Shown: positions 29,975-40,556, numbered from the stretch's first letter. The stretch is 64,000 nucleotides of DNA from Candidatus Limnocylindrales bacterium (GCA_035559535.1 DATMBG010000012.1:186001-250000), one strand, 5' to 3'. Made by a program: numbers and translations. Notes: generated by a model from the letters alone, not told the origin.

Positions 29975-31070
29975 CTAATTGTTCAATAGATAAGCCTTAA
30001 TAAACTCATCGATTTCCCCATCCAGGACCCCTTGCACATTGCTTGTTTCCAGATTGGTTCGATGGTCCTTTACCAGTTGATAAGGATGAAGCACATAGGA
30101 GCGAATCTGGCTCCCCCAGGCTATTTTTTTCTTTTCACCCTGAATCTTTTCCAGTTCTTCTTTTCGTTCTTGTTCATAGATTTCATATAGACGGGCCTTT
30201 AAAATTTTCATGGCCATCTCTCGATTTCTATGCTGGGATCTTTCATTCTGACATTGGACCACAATACCTGTCGGAAGATGCGTAATGCGAACCGCCGAAT
30301 CTGTCACATTCACATGCTGTCCCCCCGCTCCACTGGATCGATACGTGTCTATGCGAAGATCTTCCTCCCTAATATTTAAGTTAATGGTTTCATCTATCTC
30401 AGGAAATACAAATACAGAGGCAAAGGAAGTATGTCTACGATGATTGGCATCAAAAGGAGAGAGGCGAATGAGGCGATGAACTCCACTCTCGGACTTGAGA
30501 TATCCATAGGCGTAGTCTCCATTAACCGTGATGGTTGCATTCTTGATTCCGGCTTCTTCACCCGGTAAGATATCTACAATTTTTGCTTCGAACCCCTTTC
30601 GTTCGCACCAGCGCAGATACATTCGCATCAGTATCTGTGCCCAGTCTTGAGATTCCGTGCCCCCGGCCCCAGAGTTAATGGATAGAATGGCATTACTTTT
30701 GTCATGTTCTCCACTGAACATCTGCTGGAATTCTATGGCCGATAACTCTCGGGCCAACGTGTTTAGTCGCTCCTCAATTTCGGGCAGAATCGAAGTATCC
30801 TCTTCGGCCAACTCCAACAAGACCTCTAAATCGTCCCGCTGTTGGACCAACTCCTTCCAGGTCTCTAAGGTTTTCTGTAAAGATTTGTGCTCTTGAAGCA
30901 CTTTTTGGGCTTTTTCATTATCGTCCCAGAAACCCGATTCAATCATTTTCTTCTCTAGTTCGGCAATTTGCCGTTCTTTCCCTGAAATGTCAAAGACAGT
31001 CCCGAATAAAAGTCAATTTTTCAACCAATTTTGAAAACTTCTCTCTAAGTTCTTCTACCTTCAACTCCAT
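29975..31070 (-). CDS. prfB: peptide chain release factor 2, programmed +1 frameshift
   Basis: ATG 31070 opens MELKVEE..IRDCL then CTT TGA C (30995-30989); the +1 frame continues DISGKERQ into the ORF with SPF and GGQ motifs. Confidence 0.95.
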
Positions 31071-31162
31071 AGTTACTTTTAAGTAATATTTTTGCCATCC
31101 AGACAGCAAGAGATTAAGATGGAAAGCGGAAGATTAAAGCCTATTTAACTCTCTTCAACCCT

Positions 31163-32782
31163 CTACTTCGATCTTCTATCTTCAAATCTTTGTGTCCGGG
31201 TGGCAAAATAGTTGCTACCCAGAAACCCAAAAAATAGACCCAAGCAGATATAAGCAAAAATATCTCCGAATCGGGTATAGAAAGTCCTAGAGTTACCTGG
31301 GAAGATGTTATGCGTTAAGGCAGTTTCTACAAAAAGATCGGTACTGGCTATAATACGACCATAGGGATCTACAAAGCTGGATATGCCTGTATTTGCGGCC
31401 CGAATTATAGGAATCCGATTCTCAATGGAACGGAAGGTCACCATCGCCATATGTTGATAAGGACCTGCCGTTCGGCCAAACCAGGCATCGTTGGTTATAT
31501 TAACCATAAAATTAGCTCCTCTGTCAATAAATTTCCTTACCAGATTTGGAAAAATTACTTCAAAACAAATAACCACGCCAAACTTGTGATTTCCCAACGC
31601 CATAACCTTATACTCTCTTCCAGGTTCCAACTCTCCCACGGCCTTAGTGATTTTATCTACGAAGAAAAAAACCTTTTGATAAGGTACATATTCCCCAAAG
31701 GGGACCAGCTCGATCTTATCGTATTTATCTAAGAGTTTTCCCTCTGGAGATAAGAAAAAAGCGCTGTTTAAATAAACGTAGTCTTGACCCCTACGACCTG
31801 GCCTGGCATCTATGCCCCCAAAAACTAAATGGACTTTCATTTCCCGAACCAGTCGGATTAATTCTTCCCGCCTGGGGGGATCAAAATTAAAGAAAAAAGG
31901 AACCGCAGTTTCAGGCCAGACTATTAAATCCGGTTTTTGAGATAGTGACTGTAGAGAAAGCCTTTCATAGGTTTCAAAAACCTGCTCCTGATAGCGAGGA
32001 TTCCATTTAATACCCTGATCAATATTCCCCTGTACCACAGTAGCCGTAAGAGCCTCTTTAGAAACTCCAGGATGGGCTAACACATAAAAACCATAGCTCA
32101 GAGTTAGAATCAAACCCAGAGAGCTAAATACAAGGAGCTTTCCTTTAAAAACTTGAGACTCCTGGGAGAAAAAGAGGGTATAAAGCGTTACGTTTATAAG
32201 AACGATCAAAAACGAAACCCCGTATACCCCGGTAAACTCGGCAATCTGTACCACAGGACTCATGAGAAATTGAGAATACCCCAGGTTATTCCAGGGAAAT
32301 CCAATAAAGAAAAAGGATCGAATATACTCCAGAGCAGTCCAGACTATCGGAGCGGAGATAGCTATGGGAAGGGTCGATATCAAACCCTGCCTTGAACCTG
32401 CCCGGCCTAGCGGCCATCGAAGGAGAAAAGAATTCATTCCGGCTTTTTTTCCCTGTAGGTATTGGATGATCAAGGTAAAAAGGCCTACATAAAGGGCCAG
32501 ATATACGGCCAGCAATAGCAAGATCCCTATACTGGAAGGAAGATTAATCCCTCCATACCGGACCATGGTCACGGTAATCCAGTATAAAGATCCTAAATAA
32601 TAAGTTACTCCGGCTAGCCATCCCAACCAAAACGTGTTTTTCAAGCTCTCTTCCTGGATAGCGTACAAAAGAGGAATTAAAGCAATCCAGGCGAGTAACT
32701 CCAGGTTAAACTTAGGAAATATAAGCACCAGGAGGATACCGGAGAGGAAAGCCAATGAAATTTTTTTTAAGTATTTACGCAA
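31163..32782 (-). CDS. lnt: apolipoprotein N-acyltransferase
   Basis: GFPW, VQGNI, WPETA, K..LVPFGEY, ICFE, TNDAWFG, RAANTGIS. Confidence 0.95.
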   Translation of the reverse strand: MRKYLKKISLAFLSGILLVLIFPKFNLELLAWIALIPLLYAIQEESLKNTFWLGWLAGVTYYLGSLYWITVTMVRYGGINLPSSIGILLLLAVYLALYVGLFTLIIQYLQGKKAGMNSFLLRWPLGRAGSRQGLISTLPIAISAPIVWTALEYIRSFFFIGFPWNNLGYSQFLMSPVVQIAEFTGVYGVSFLIVLINVTLYTLFFSQESQVFKGKLLVFSSLGLILTLSYGFYVLAHPGVSKEALTATVVQGNIDQGIKWNPRYQEQVFETYERLSLQSLSQKPDLIVWPETAVPFFFNFDPPRREELIRLVREMKVHLVFGGIDARPGRRGQDYVYLNSAFFLSPEGKLLDKYDKIELVPFGEYVPYQKVFFFVDKITKAVGELEPGREYKVMALGNHKFGVVICFEVIFPNLVRKFIDRGANFMVNITNDAWFGRTAGPYQHMAMVTFRSIENRIPIIRAANTGISSFVDPYGRIIASTDLFVETALTHNIFPGNSRTFYTRFGDIFAYICLGLFFGFLGSNYFATRTQRFEDRRSK

Positions 32783-33353
32783 AAATCAAAACCTCGTTTT
32801 TTGATCTGTAAACGGTCCTAAATAACCGAAAGACTTCTTCTATCGTTTTCGCAAGAATATAGAAGCGGGTTTCAAACCCGCCCTTCTCGGACCGTCCAAA
32901 AATTGTCATAAAGGTTTATAATTTAGGCTATCTCCTTCTGCTATGACCTAATTTAATATAACCCCCTTGAAGGGTTGTTGCAATGGACGGACAGGTCATC
33001 TGAGAGATAGTTGGGAAGGAGCGCTCCCATGGCTTTACACCCCTCCCTTTCCAGATAGTTTGTTCCAGGTTCTTTTCTCGTCATTGCATCAGGATATTTA
33101 TCCTGAGACAGTACCAAATTCCGGATCTGATCGCCCAGAGCTGGAATGAGGCCCCTGATGGAAAAACCCTTGACAATACCCCGTCACTTTTATACAGTGC
33201 GAGAGCAATCCTTGAAGAAATCTTCCAGGTCTAAAAATTGCAAGTTTATTTGGTAAAGTCCAGAAGAAGTACAGAAATAGAGTAAAAATTTTATAAATAA
33301 ACGACCTGATAACTCACAAAACTTCACCAATCCTTAGCCTGCAGGATGCAACT

Positions 33354-34094
33354 ATGGCACAGTTTAATTATAGCACAAAGGAAATTATAGCAAAACTTGT
33401 TTACTATGGACCTTCCCTGGGTGGTAAAACGACGAATTTGCAAGTCCTTCATAAAATCCTGGATCCCACCAGTCGCGGTAATTTATTCTCCCTGGAAACA
33501 GAGGCAGATCGAACCTTATTTTTTGATTTACTTCCCATTAATTTGGGAATAAGGAAGGGAATAGAACTTCGTTTGAAGGTTTATACGGTTCCAGGTCAGG
33601 TAAAATATAACTCTACACGACGTATGGTTTTAACGGGAGCCGATGGGATTGTATTTGTTGCAGACTCTGGGGTAAGCCGCTATAACGATAACATAGAAAG
33701 CTTTCAGAATTTGATCGAGAACCTGGCCGTAAATTCAATCAATATCCATGAAATTCCCCTGGTTTTACAATATAATAAACGAGATTTACCGGATATTTTA
33801 TCGGTTGAAACCTTAGAGAAGAAACTCAATTTTAGAAATGTACCTTCCTTTGAATCGGTAGCCATCGAAGGAAAAGGAGTTCTGGAGAGTTTCATCGGAA
33901 TCCTTAAGGGTATAATGATCCATTTTGCAGAAAAGTATCACCTTGCTAAAGGTGAAGCTGGGATTGCTAGACTCGTTGAACAGGTGGAAAAGAATCTAAT
34001 GGAACATGTGCAGAAAGGGCAAAAAATCCAAAACTCTGTTATCCAACCTCAAGGATCACAGGTTCATCCGGAACCTAAGGAGCCAAAATTGTAG
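33354..34094 (+). CDS. MglA-family small GTPase (second paralog)
   Basis: KLVYYGPSLGGKTT, TEADRTLFFD, YTVPGQ, NKRD. Confidence 0.9.
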   Translation: MAQFNYSTKEIIAKLVYYGPSLGGKTTNLQVLHKILDPTSRGNLFSLETEADRTLFFDLLPINLGIRKGIELRLKVYTVPGQVKYNSTRRMVLTGADGIVFVADSGVSRYNDNIESFQNLIENLAVNSINIHEIPLVLQYNKRDLPDILSVETLEKKLNFRNVPSFESVAIEGKGVLESFIGILKGIMIHFAEKYHLAKGEAGIARLVEQVEKNLMEHVQKGQKIQNSVIQPQGSQVHPEPKEPKL

Positions 34095-34121
34095 TAGGGG
34101 CGGAAGGCCTTCCGCCCGTAC
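34094..34121 (+). repeat. GTAG-family REP-like palindrome
   Basis: GTAGGGGCGGAAGGCCTTCCGCCCGTAC immediately after the stop codon. Confidence 0.75.
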
Positions 34122-34373
34122 AAATCCAGAAACTGATCTATCCCATAAACCTCCTCGGGAGTTTAGACAATAAACCAAAGTTGTTGATTCGCTGTTCTGG
34201 AAGCCAACGTAAAGGTCTAATAAACTTTCCCAATCTGATAAGGCTCTCCAGATTATGTGCAGGAAGGAAATAATCGATATCTCCCTAGAAGGGAGCCGAT
34301 ATTTCTTGTGGGTAGGACGGTAACTTGGAAGTTCTGGAAAGGTTCCTGTTTAGTCCAGGCAGGTAAATGGGGA

Positions 34374-34565
34374 TTATTCCTGGATTGTGATTTTCGTAAA
34401 GTCTTTCTTTTGAATTTCCCGTTGAAGGTCTTGAATCCTTTTTTCGATAAGTGCTTTGATACCCTCCAGAATTTCGATTTCTGCCTTTCTCATATGGATT
34501 GAAAACTCCGAATTTCGTCCCAATACTTGTAAGAGAAGACCGGATAATTGGCAAAGGATACACAT
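34374..34565 (-). CDS. small (63 aa) CxxC/helical protein downstream of the ArsA/Get3 ATPase
   Basis: MCILC..EFSIHMRKAEIEILEGIKALIEKRI..KITIQE; co-oriented just after the ATPase; amphipathic helix pattern. Confidence 0.65.
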   Translation of the reverse strand: MCILCQLSGLLLQVLGRNSEFSIHMRKAEIEILEGIKALIEKRIQDLQREIQKKDFTKITIQE

Positions 34566-34627
34566 CCAGGCATCGGAAGTCAAAAATCAGGAATCAGACC
34601 TTTCTGCTGGTCCCCGACTTTTGACTC

Positions 34628-35818
34628 CTATTCTTCCAGGGTTTCAAAAAAGACCGTTAAAGTATTTCCTTCAACTCTGGCTCCAGAGGGTTTCGCACCG
34701 GCAATCCGTCTGGGGAGAACCATATTTTTCTTAAAATTTCCAATACGAATAATAAGCTCATCGGCGCTTTTACTTAAATCGATATCGGCTTTAGAGACGA
34801 AAGGAAGTTTAATCTGAACTTGATAGTGCCGGTTCTCTTTTAGAAATTTATAAGGGCTCTCGGCATAGAAAACCTGAGTTGGATCTTTATCGGCATACAG
34901 AGCTTCTGCCAGATGGACCAGATCTTCCTTACCTACAATTTCATCTTTAAAAAGGTTAACCTTCCAGATGGGAACGGGCGTAAAATACTCCTCTAACTGA
35001 CTCAGGTGGCGGTCCTGGGTATTCATCCAATGGGTAAAGTATTCGTCGGAGACCTGAGGGGGTAGAATTCGATTGACCACAATGGCATCGATACAAAGCC
35101 CATAGAGACAAAAGTACATGAAAGCCCGTTGGGTCTCTTTGATGATGATTTTTTCAGGATTGGTTATCAAACGAACCGTTGTGATAGCCGGATCATTCAG
35201 TAATTTATCTACTCCCTCTAATTTGTCATACAGAGACTGAATAGATTCAAAATAGCTATCATCCGGCAATGGAACAGAATACAGGGTTGACATGACCGGT
35301 CGCATGACCTTCATGAGATTTTTTTCAACCTTAAAAACTTTCCGCATATACCATTCCAGGGTCGTGGGGAGACTGATAAATCTCAAAGATTCTCCAGTTG
35401 GGGCGCAGTCTAGCATGATGACATCAAATGCTTTTTCTCTGGTGTATTGATTGATGTAAAGCAGAGAGCTGACTTCTTCCATGCCGGGAAGAATCGCCAA
35501 TTCTTCGGCCAGGATTTCATCTAAGCCAGAAGTGTTTAATAACATGGCAAGGTATTTATAAACTTCTCCCCAATGCCTTTGAATTTCTTCCTGTACATCA
35601 ACTTCTTGCAACCACAGTTTCTCCTCAAGCTGGATCAAAGCTCCCTTTTTATGATCCAGGAGCCTTTGGTCTAAGTCAAAGGAATCTGAAAGGCTATGGG
35701 CCGCATCTAAAGACATCACCAGGGTTTTATGGCCCACCTGGGCCGATCTCAAAGCGGAAGCTGCCGAGATACTCGTTTTTCCTACGCCACCTTTGCCCGT
35801 AAATAATATAATTCGCAT
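34628..35818 (-). CDS. ArsA/Get3-family ATPase with C-terminal HSP20/alpha-crystallin-like domain
   Basis: GKGGVGKT, DAAHSL, DCAPTG; C-terminal beta-rich LPFVSK..DELIIRIG..LP..LTVFF. Confidence 0.88.
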   Translation of the reverse strand: MRIILFTGKGGVGKTSISAASALRSAQVGHKTLVMSLDAAHSLSDSFDLDQRLLDHKKGALIQLEEKLWLQEVDVQEEIQRHWGEVYKYLAMLLNTSGLDEILAEELAILPGMEEVSSLLYINQYTREKAFDVIMLDCAPTGESLRFISLPTTLEWYMRKVFKVEKNLMKVMRPVMSTLYSVPLPDDSYFESIQSLYDKLEGVDKLLNDPAITTVRLITNPEKIIIKETQRAFMYFCLYGLCIDAIVVNRILPPQVSDEYFTHWMNTQDRHLSQLEEYFTPVPIWKVNLFKDEIVGKEDLVHLAEALYADKDPTQVFYAESPYKFLKENRHYQVQIKLPFVSKADIDLSKSADELIIRIGNFKKNMVLPRRIAGAKPSGARVEGNTLTVFFETLEE

Positions 35819-36036
35819 CGGTAAAACACAAAACGTAAACTCTAAAGGCAGAATAATCTACCTTTTAAGTTTTACATTTTGTGCTTCTGACCAAAACTTA
35901 AAATTTTATCCCTTGACAGGTTCAAGGGCAGATGTTATTTGACTAGGGTAACTTCTTATTATAAGAGTAGATGGTAATAATGTCAACTACGCCTTTTAAT
36001 AAAGATCTTGAAAGTATCTTCTAACTGAGAAAACCC

Positions 36037-37131
36037 ATGGGAAGATTACATGATCTAATTCGGAGTGAAATCATCGCCCTGGAGGCATATCATGCAGAAG
36101 AGGAGATTTGTAAGATCAAATTGGATGCCAATGAAAATTCCTTTCCTTTTCCCCTTGAACTTCGGAAAGAAATGGCTTCTCTCATAGAGAACTTGCCTTT
36201 TAACAGATATCCAGATCCTTCTGCAAGGGAACTAAGGGCTGTTTTAGCCGAAAGGTTATCTGATTCGAAAAATTCCGTAAATTCTGATATGATTTTGGTG
36301 GGAAACGGCTCTGATGAATTGATTCAGATGATACTTCTGGTATGTGGTGGGGACTCGGGTCGTGTTCTTATTCCCACTCCTACCTTTGCCATGTATAAAA
36401 TCTTGGCTCAGATCTTGGGTCAGAAACCCATAGAAATTCCTCTGGAAGCGGATTTTGATTTGAATTTAGAGAAAATGCTGGCACGAATCGATTCCGATCA
36501 GCCCCGGATTACCTTCTTGAGTTATCCGAATAATCCTACCGGAAATAGCTTCTCCCGGGAGAAAATATTAAAAATTCTCGAGGCTTCCCAGGGAGTTGTC
36601 GTCATAGATGAAGCCTATTTTGATTTTTCCAAAAAAACCTTTCTCCCTCTTTTGTCTGACTATGAGAATCTTATTATTTTGAGGACTTTTTCTAAAATTG
36701 GTGCTGCGGGATTACGGGTTGGGTTCCTCATCGCCCATGAGAAGATGGTTCGGCAATTCAACAAGGTCCGGCTTCCCTTCAATTTAAATCTTTTTTCACA
36801 AGCCGCTGCCAAATTAATTTTGGAAAATCGTACCTATCTGGATCGGCAGGTTATGCAACTTATCCAGGAGAGGGAAAGGCTTTACCAGATCTTACGGGGT
36901 TTTTCTTATCTGAACCCTTTTCCATCCGACGCCAATTTTATTTTAGTTAGAACTAAAATGGACGCTGCATTTCTCCATCAAGAGTTGATAAAGCGAGACA
37001 TCTTAGTTCGTAACTTAAGTAAGCCTGGTCCTCTTTTTAATTGTCTTCGTATAGGAGTTGGCACTCCAGAAGAGAACAGGTTGTTATGTAAAGCATTGGA
37101 GGAAATTAAAGATCAAAGGCCAGAATCCTAA
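36037..37131 (+). CDS. hisC: histidinol-phosphate aminotransferase
   Basis: KLDANEN, NRYPD, GNGSDELI, PNNPTG, IDEAY, RTFSK, LRIGVGT. Confidence 0.93.
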   Translation: MGRLHDLIRSEIIALEAYHAEEEICKIKLDANENSFPFPLELRKEMASLIENLPFNRYPDPSARELRAVLAERLSDSKNSVNSDMILVGNGSDELIQMILLVCGGDSGRVLIPTPTFAMYKILAQILGQKPIEIPLEADFDLNLEKMLARIDSDQPRITFLSYPNNPTGNSFSREKILKILEASQGVVVIDEAYFDFSKKTFLPLLSDYENLIILRTFSKIGAAGLRVGFLIAHEKMVRQFNKVRLPFNLNLFSQAAAKLILENRTYLDRQVMQLIQERERLYQILRGFSYLNPFPSDANFILVRTKMDAAFLHQELIKRDILVRNLSKPGPLFNCLRIGVGTPEENRLLCKALEEIKDQRPES

Positions 37132-37168
37132 CTCCCGATTTCCGGCTTTTGGTTTATGCTTTATGACC

Positions 37169-37786
37169 ATGATTGCCATCATAGATTATGGCATGGCCAA
37201 TCTGCATAGTGTTCAAAAGGGATTCGAAAAGGTTGGTCACCGGGCTGTGATCACCAGTGATCCTCAGGTTATAGCCATGGCCTCGGGATTGGTTTTACCG
37301 GGGGTTGGAGCCTTTAAAGTTTGCATGGATAACCTGGTCAAACGAGATTTGGTGCAGCCCCTCTACCAATGGATCGAAAAGGGAAAACCTTTTTTGGGAA
37401 TTTGTGTGGGATTACAACTTCTCTTTACCGAAAGTGAAGAATTTGGTAATTGTAAGGGCTTGGATATTTTCAAAGGGAAGGTAAAGCGATTTTCCGGGGC
37501 GTTAAAAGTTCCTCATATGGGCTGGAATAATATAACCATCCGACGACCGGCTCCCATCTTTCAGGGGATTAAGGATCAATCCTACTTCTATTTTGTCCAT
37601 TCCTATTATGTAGATGCTGAGGAACCTGAAATTATTGCAGCCACCACGGAGTATGGAATATCCTTTACTTCGGTGATTTGGAAGGATCATATCTTGGGGT
37701 GTCAATTCCATCCAGAGAAGAGTCAGGCTTTAGGATTAAGGCTTCTAAAGAATTTCGGTGATTGGGTACTTCTCCAGAGTCGGTAG
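37169..37786 (+). CDS. hisH: imidazole glycerol phosphate synthase glutaminase subunit
   Basis: IIDYGMAN, LPGVGAF, GICVGLQ, VPHMGWN, YFVHSY, QFHPEKS. Confidence 0.95.
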   Translation: MIAIIDYGMANLHSVQKGFEKVGHRAVITSDPQVIAMASGLVLPGVGAFKVCMDNLVKRDLVQPLYQWIEKGKPFLGICVGLQLLFTESEEFGNCKGLDIFKGKVKRFSGALKVPHMGWNNITIRRPAPIFQGIKDQSYFYFVHSYYVDAEEPEIIAATTEYGISFTSVIWKDHILGCQFHPEKSQALGLRLLKNFGDWVLLQSR

Positions 37787-39019
37787 GACCACATGAAATT
37801 CGCTTCCATGTCCTACCCCTTCGCTTTCCACCCATACCATTCCCCCGTGACCTTCTATGATATTTTTTACAATGGTTAAGCCGATTCCGATTCCCCTCCC
37901 CATGAACTTTGTTTTATCGGTACTATGATGTAAGGGGTCCCCGACTTCATAAAAGGGCTCGAAGATTTTCTTTTGTTCCCTTGGATCGATACCTATGCCC
38001 GTATCTTTAACCAGAATTTCTATGGCAGGTTGGGATATGCCCTCACTGTTTGAGATCTGGGAGTTTTTCCATCGTAACTCTATCCAACCCCCATCCGGAG
38101 TAAATTTGATGGCATTGCTGATAAGATGAAAAAATACTTGCTTTAATCTTTCCGGGTCTCCGTGTACGATAGGTACACGGTCAAAATCATGAACCCGGAT
38201 CAAAATATTTCTTTCTTGGGCGGCTCGTTGGAAGGTTGCAAGGGTATAATCGATAACATCTCGAATATTGATATTTTGTAGATTGATGGTAAGCTCTCCG
38301 ATATTTGCTTTAGAGAGATCTATCAGGTTATTCACAATTTCTTTAAGACGGTCCGTACCCTTTAAGGCCTGTTCTAACAGATGTTTTTGCTCTTCATTCA
38401 ACGAGCCTCCTATACCGTCTAGAGCCAGTTTTACATAACCCTCCATCACCATCAAAGGCGTTCTCAACTCATGGGACGCAATGGAGACAAAAATAGACTT
38501 GGTTTTATCCAATTCTTCTAATTCTCGATAAGCTTCCCTCAATTTGGACATAGCCTGTTCGAGTTCTATGGTCCTTTGCTTAACTTTTTCCTCCAGACTT
38601 CGGTTCAGTCTTTTCAACTCTTCCATCAATTTTTTATTTTCCAGGACCAAATAGCGGTTCTCCAGGGCTCTTTTAATGGTCAGATCAACATCCTGGATAT
38701 TAGAGGGTTTTAGAACGTAATCGAAAGCTCCTAATCGGGTTGCTTCAATGGCAGCTTCTTCAGCAGCATGGGCAGTAACCATAATAAAAGGGGTATCGGG
38801 ATGAATCTCTTTTGCCTTCTTAAGAACCTCTATTCCATCCATTCCAGGCATTTTCACATCGCAGAGAATCACATCCACTTCCTTTTCTTTTAAGAAAGAC
38901 AAAGCCGTGAGGCCATCTTCAGCCGTAAATACTCGATACCCACATCTTATCAATAAGGCTGAAAAGGCGTCTCGAACTCCCGGGTCGTCATCTATGAGTA
39001 AGATTTGAATTGTTTTCAA
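37745..39019 (-). CDS. hybrid receiver-histidine kinase (REC-coiled coil-HisKA-HATPase)
   Basis: LLIDDD, DVKMPGMDG, SHELRTPL, NAIKFT, DTGIGI, GIGL; SD GAGGT before TTG. Confidence 0.92.
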   Translation of the reverse strand: MKTIQILLIDDDPGVRDAFSALLIRCGYRVFTAEDGLTALSFLKEKEVDVILCDVKMPGMDGIEVLKKAKEIHPDTPFIMVTAHAAEEAAIEATRLGAFDYVLKPSNIQDVDLTIKRALENRYLVLENKKLMEELKRLNRSLEEKVKQRTIELEQAMSKLREAYRELEELDKTKSIFVSIASHELRTPLMVMEGYVKLALDGIGGSLNEEQKHLLEQALKGTDRLKEIVNNLIDLSKANIGELTINLQNINIRDVIDYTLATFQRAAQERNILIRVHDFDRVPIVHGDPERLKQVFFHLISNAIKFTPDGGWIELRWKNSQISNSEGISQPAIEILVKDTGIGIDPREQKKIFEPFYEVGDPLHHSTDKTKFMGRGIGIGLTIVKNIIEGHGGMVWVESEGVGHGSEFHVVLPTLEKYPITEIL

Positions 39020-39244
39020 CTTTGAAACCTCTTTTTAAGTGAAATAGATAGTAACAGAATAAGAATATTAACTCATCTAGTCCATGGTAACCAAAGTTAT
39101 TTTTTATGTCTAGGAAAATTTCATAATTTCTTTATAATTTTTTGAGAGAGATACTGAACGCTTGCTATCCGTCATGCAACGTAATCTTTTCCTCACACCT
39201 TTCCCTATTGACAAACTCTAAAAACATGATGAAATATTACTTAC

Positions 39245-40453
39245 ATGTTCGAGTATAAATTTGATATGATTCCAGAAGCAATAGAAGACATTCGGGCTGG
39301 AAAGCTGGTCATTGTTATAGACGATGGCGAGCCGGAGAATGAAGGAGATTTAGTGTGTGCGGCAGAGAAGGTAACTCCCGAATTGATTAATTTTATGGTG
39401 ACCTATGGAAGAGGACTGGTCTGTTTACCTATGACCCGGGATCGGCTTAATGAATTGGAGCTTCCTTTAATGGTTCCCGAGGGCACTTCGGTGGATAAGA
39501 CCGCCTTTACCGTTTCCATCGATGCAAAACAAGGGATTACAACCGGCATTTCTGCCGCAGACCGTGCAAAAACTATCCTGACAGCCGTTAATCCCAACAC
39601 CAAACCCAAGGATCTCCTTCGACCCGGTCATGTCTTTCCCATACTCGCTCGGAGAGGAGGTGTTTTACGCAGAGCAGGACGCCCAGAGGCGGCGGTGGAT
39701 TTGGCGCGAATGGCAGGCTTATACCCTGCCGGAGTCATCTGTGGTATCCTCAATGATGATGGTACTGTAGCACGACTTCCCGACCTCATGGAGTTCCGGG
39801 CTCGACATCATCTTAAAATCATTACCATAGCAGATTTAATAAAATTTCGTGTAAAACAGGAACGGTTTGTGAGTCGGGTTGCAACTCTTCAACTTCCTAC
39901 CCCATATGGTACGTTCAAAGCGATCTGTTATCAAAACGAACTGGATCATCAACCCCATCTTGCTTTGGTTTATGGAGATATTTTAGCGAAGGAAAGTACT
40001 CTGGTCAGGGTTCACTCTCAATGTTTGACGGGAGATGTGTTTGGATCGCAACGTTGTGATTGTGGTGAACAGCTACACACGGCTATGCAGATGATTCAGC
40101 AAGAAGGGGCTGGCGTCCTGATCTATATGCAACAAGAAGGACGTGGTATTGGTTTGGCTAATAAGTTAAAGGCTTACGAACTTCAAGATCAGGGGCGAGA
40201 CACTGTAGAGGCCAATGAAGAGCTGGGTTTTAAGGCGGACCTACGAGATTATGGGATTGGCGCTCAAATGTTGGTTGATCTCGGGGTAAAAAATATCCGT
40301 TTGATTACGAACAATCCGAGGAAAATTGTCGGTCTGGAAGGATACAATTTAAAAGTAGTCGAAAGAGTTCCCATTGAGATAAAACCCTCTGCCTCTAACA
40401 TAAAGTATTTAACAACTAAGCGAAAAAAGTTAGGGCACCTGCTGAATGTGTAA
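39245..40453 (+). CDS. ribBA: RibBA-type fusion: GTP cyclohydrolase II intact, DHBP synthase domain degenerate
   Basis: [45 protein letters not shown]. Confidence 0.92.
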   Translation: MFEYKFDMIPEAIEDIRAGKLVIVIDDGEPENEGDLVCAAEKVTPELINFMVTYGRGLVCLPMTRDRLNELELPLMVPEGTSVDKTAFTVSIDAKQGITTGISAADRAKTILTAVNPNTKPKDLLRPGHVFPILARRGGVLRRAGRPEAAVDLARMAGLYPAGVICGILNDDGTVARLPDLMEFRARHHLKIITIADLIKFRVKQERFVSRVATLQLPTPYGTFKAICYQNELDHQPHLALVYGDILAKESTLVRVHSQCLTGDVFGSQRCDCGEQLHTAMQMIQQEGAGVLIYMQQEGRGIGLANKLKAYELQDQGRDTVEANEELGFKADLRDYGIGAQMLVDLGVKNIRLITNNPRKIVGLEGYNLKVVERVPIEIKPSASNIKYLTTKRKKLGHLLNV

Positions 40454-40556
40454 TACTAGTTACCGTTTACCATCTATCCGTTATCCTTTGTCAGATATCG
40501 GTCATTTAGAACCCCTAGCGAAGGATAAACGATAAGCGATAGCTGGCCGATGATCC

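Noticed and set aside
29975-31070. prfB as a pseudogene
   Set aside because: the in-frame TGA is the known programmed frameshift site
32967-33149. 60-aa ORF upstream of the second mglA as a possible MglB
   Set aside because: too short, no roadblock pattern, no SD
34628-35818. arsenite resistance ATPase ArsA
   Set aside because: single ATPase domain with HSP20-like tail, and no arsB/arsC/arsD/arsR nearby
37058-37168. N-terminal extensions of HisH (also LpxA 19740-19793, QueG 1298-1330, peptidase 60511-60555)
   Set aside because: longest-ORF artefacts; family homology starts at downstream ATGs
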